This document shows positions 61,840 to 64,000 of a stretch of 64,000 bases of DNA, in pieces. Every line of letters starts with the position of its first letter. Positions within the stretch are counted from its first letter, which is position 1. The notes beneath the pieces were generated by a model. It was not told where the DNA came from, searched no databases, and saw nothing but the letters and a program-made list of their open reading frames with translations. Source of the stretch: an uncultured delta proteobacterium (GTDB lineage: Bacteria; Desulfobacterota; Desulfomonilia; UBA1062). The stretch covers positions 96,001-160,000 of the forward strand of contig CAVVYZ010000009.1 of NCBI GenBank assembly GCA_963752595.1, read 5' to 3'. A program made the position numbers and the translations under genes.

Positions 61840-62533
61840 GGACTCCTTCCGGGGTCTTCGCCCTGTTGTCTTATTCTGTCATGGTATCCCGGGAGGGAGT
61901 CCCGACCCGAGCGACAGGGGTTATCTGGACATGGTGGAAGAGCTTGCCCTGGACGGGTATTGCTGCGTTACCTTCAATTTCCGCGGGTGCGGGTTCTCCG
62001 AAGGCAGCATAGATATGCGGGGCTGGTATGACGATCTTGCCGCAGTTGCGGACAAAGTCATTGACACGCCGGGCATTGATCCTGCTGCCGTACACTGCGT
62101 GGCTTTCTCCGCCGGAGGGGCCATTGCTGCAAAATTCGCTTCCAGGGAAAAGCATTTCAAGAGCCTGCTGCTCATGGCTACGCCTGCTGATTTCCGCGAT
62201 ATCCTCCCAGATGACCCCGGGCTCTTGAGGCAGCACTTCCGGAAGATCGGGATTATCAGGGATGAGCATTTTCCCCCCGATCTCAAGGCCTGGCATCAGG
62301 ATTTCCTTGCCCTCGAGCCGGCCGGATGGCTTCCCTTTGTCTCGCCCCGCCCGGTGGGCATCGTGCATGGGGACAAGGACGAGACGGTTCCGCCAGGGCA
62401 CGCCCGCAAGCTCTTTGCCGCTGCGTGTCATCCCAAGAAGATCACCATGGTGGAGGGCGCAACCCATCACCTGAGAAAGGATCCAAGGACTGTCCGCATC
62501 ATCAGGGACTGGCTGAAAAAGGGTGCAGGATAA
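61772..62533 (+). CDS. Alpha/beta-fold hydrolase
   Basis: CHGIPG, FNFRGCGFSEG, nucleophile elbow AFSAGG, HGDKDETV, GATH. Confidence 0.88.
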   Translation: MKSREFQLTLQQIKIRAWLFCPEDSFRGLRPVVLFCHGIPGGSPDPSDRGYLDMVEELALDGYCCVTFNFRGCGFSEGSIDMRGWYDDLAAVADKVIDTPGIDPAAVHCVAFSAGGAIAAKFASREKHFKSLLLMATPADFRDILPDDPGLLRQHFRKIGIIRDEHFPPDLKAWHQDFLALEPAGWLPFVSPRPVGIVHGDKDETVPPGHARKLFAAACHPKKITMVEGATHHLRKDPRTVRIIRDWLKKGAG

Positions 62534-62549
62534 AAAATCGGGGCTCCCT

Positions 62550-63221
62550 ATGAACGAGCATACTTTTGAAAACAATTTTTACTATCCTATTTTCATCGAC
62601 TTACGGGGCAGGACCGTGACAGTAGTCGGAGGAGGTCTCGTCGCCTGCAGGAAAGTCGAGGGACTGCGCAAGACCGGCGCCCACGTCAAGGTGATCGCAC
62701 CTGACATCATGAGCGGGATCTCTCAAGACAGCGAAGTAGAGATACTTCGCAGAGACTACATACCCGAGGACCTGGAGGGAGCCTGCCTCGTCATCGCAGC
62801 AACCGACGATGAGACAACGAACATTGCGGTGAGCCGGGACGCCCGTTTAAGGAACATCTTCTGCAACGTCGTGGACAAGCCGGAACTGTGCAGCTTCATC
62901 GTCCCCTCTGTCGTAGAGAAGGGCCCCATCAGGATCGCCGTCTCCACCGGAGGGGTTTCTCCTACCCTTTCAAAAAAATTGAGGGTCGAGCTCGACAAGT
63001 TCCTGGGGCAAGAATATGCAACGCTGGCGCTCGTCATGGGGAAAATCAGATCGCTGGTACTCTCCGGAGAGGGAGGCTTTCAAAGTCACAAAATGATATT
63101 CGACGTACTGATCAACTCCGAGCTCATCGATGCGATCCGGGAGCAGGACAGGCACCTCGCCGAGGAGATCCTCTATGACGCCCTCGGAGAACATATCGAC
63201 CTTTCGGAGCTCATACCATGA
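62550..63221 (+). CDS. Precorrin-2 dehydrogenase/sirohydrochlorin ferrochelatase (SirC/Met8, CysG N-terminal type)
   Basis: YPIFIDL, VVGGGLVACRK, VIAATDD, NVVDKPELCSF, AVSTGGVSP. Confidence 0.92.
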   Translation: MNEHTFENNFYYPIFIDLRGRTVTVVGGGLVACRKVEGLRKTGAHVKVIAPDIMSGISQDSEVEILRRDYIPEDLEGACLVIAATDDETTNIAVSRDARLRNIFCNVVDKPELCSFIVPSVVEKGPIRIAVSTGGVSPTLSKKLRVELDKFLGQEYATLALVMGKIRSLVLSGEGGFQSHKMIFDVLINSELIDAIREQDRHLAEEILYDALGEHIDLSELIP

Positions 63222-64000
63222 CCGCGTCTGCCGTGGTTCTGTCCTATATCCTTTCGAGCATCGGGTTCATCGGATATCTCTTCTGGAGGAGGCCGCTCGT
63301 GGTGATCATTTCCCGTATCCTGTTCGGGATCAGCGTGGCTCTGCACTTCTTCCTGCTCATCATGCTGGCCGGGCAGGCCGGGCAGCTTCCCATTCTCTCT
63401 CCTGCCCAGGCGGCAAATATGATGATCTTCCTCTCTTCACTGGTCTTCATCTTCTTTGTGTATAAACGATCCACCGCTGTTCTGGGCGCCTTCTTCGTGC
63501 CTGTCGCAAGCTTCTGTTTAAGCCTGATTGCGCCTTCTCTCCAGACAGGACATGGAACCTCTTTTGCATTTTCCCGGATCTGGTATCCCCTGCATACCCT
63601 GACCGTCATCAGCGGAGAGGCATTGTTTGCCGTGGCATTTGTCGTATCCGTGGTCTACCTGGTCCATGATTCCGTCATCCGGAAGGGAAAGATCCATACA
63701 GCAGTCTCGAGCTTGCCTCCCTTGAGAATGCTGGATAAGATCCTCACCGTGTGTTTGAGCACCGGGTTCGTAGCCATAACCGCCGGGATGATGTTCGGCG
63801 CTCTCTGGGCGTCGAGCCTGGGAGTTGATTTCGCCCATTTAGCCGCCAAGGCCTCGGCCGGCGCAGCAACGTGGTTCGTCTTCGCATTCAGCATCCACCA
63901 GCGGTTCGCCATCGGATGGGCAGGCAGAAGGACGGCGATCATCACGATAGCGGGATTCATCCTCATGGTCCTCCTGTTCGTTATCCTGAACCTGATGTTC
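63218..64000 (+). CDS. CcsA/HemX-like membrane protein (runs off window end)
   Basis: Open frame from ATG 63218 with many TM helices; WYPLHT, LPPLRMLDK, GALWA, GWAGRR; follows the sirC-like gene. Confidence 0.8.
   Translation, partial: MTASAVVLSYILSSIGFIGYLFWRRPLVVIISRILFGISVALHFFLLIMLAGQAGQLPILSPAQAANMMIFLSSLVFIFFVYKRSTAVLGAFFVPVASFCLSLIAPSLQTGHGTSFAFSRIWYPLHTLTVISGEALFAVAFVVSVVYLVHDSVIRKGKIHTAVSSLPPLRMLDKILTVCLSTGFVAITAGMMFGALWASSLGVDFAHLAAKASAGAATWFVFAFSIHQRFAIGWAGRRTAIITIAGFILMVLLFVILNLMF

Noticed and set aside
1-64000. CRISPR arrays, tRNA/rRNA genes, prophage, IS elements, defence systems
   Set aside because: By eye I saw no regularly spaced direct repeats, cloverleaf or rRNA signatures, or mobile/defence gene motifs; dedicated tools were not run.

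Overview
Chromosomal window of a Gram-negative, flagellated bacterium, probably deltaproteobacterial/Desulfobacterota-like (inferred from gene content and synteny: leuS-lptE-holA, lpxC-ntrY-ntrX, sirC-ccsA-like, MglA). It holds about 60 protein genes. These are: ftsE-ftsX-envC behind an XRE regulator; a divergent flagellar/chemotaxis operon (flhB flhA flhF flhG fliA cheY, fliL-like, HEAT, HDOD, cheR, cheY2); lpxC-ntrY-ntrX-radical SAM-radC; tatBC; fdhE-like; an acyl-CoA ligase with a lone 2-hydroxyacyl-CoA dehydratase subunit; PBP1A with a LysM protein; leuS; holA; rpsT; DUF1848; oppD/F-type ATPases; recD2; recJ; nfeD; udg; coaBC; a sigma54 activator; murJ; and heme/siroheme genes. I saw no rRNA, tRNA, CRISPR, phage or IS. 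Many genes at about 14-18.6 kb and 50-60.6 kb are broken by 1-nt indels, including normally essential ones, which most likely reflects sequencing error. The main observations are four. (1) A four-gene module at 42.5-47 kb: a short SgmX-like TPR protein, an MglA-family GTPase with no adjacent MglB (Ser at the Gly21 position, C-terminal tail), a membrane TPR/Zn-finger protein and a membrane DUF4388-like protein, all behind a candidate FliA (sigma28) promoter. (2) A candidate Cys-Sec DUF1573-like selenoprotein with a SECIS-like hairpin. (3) A sigma54-driven small ORF followed by a GAF-GGDEF-HD-GYP protein with both catalytic sites degenerate but an intact RxxD I-site. (4) Repeated promoter geometry implying leaderless mRNAs. 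All family calls come from motif recognition by eye; no database searches were run.
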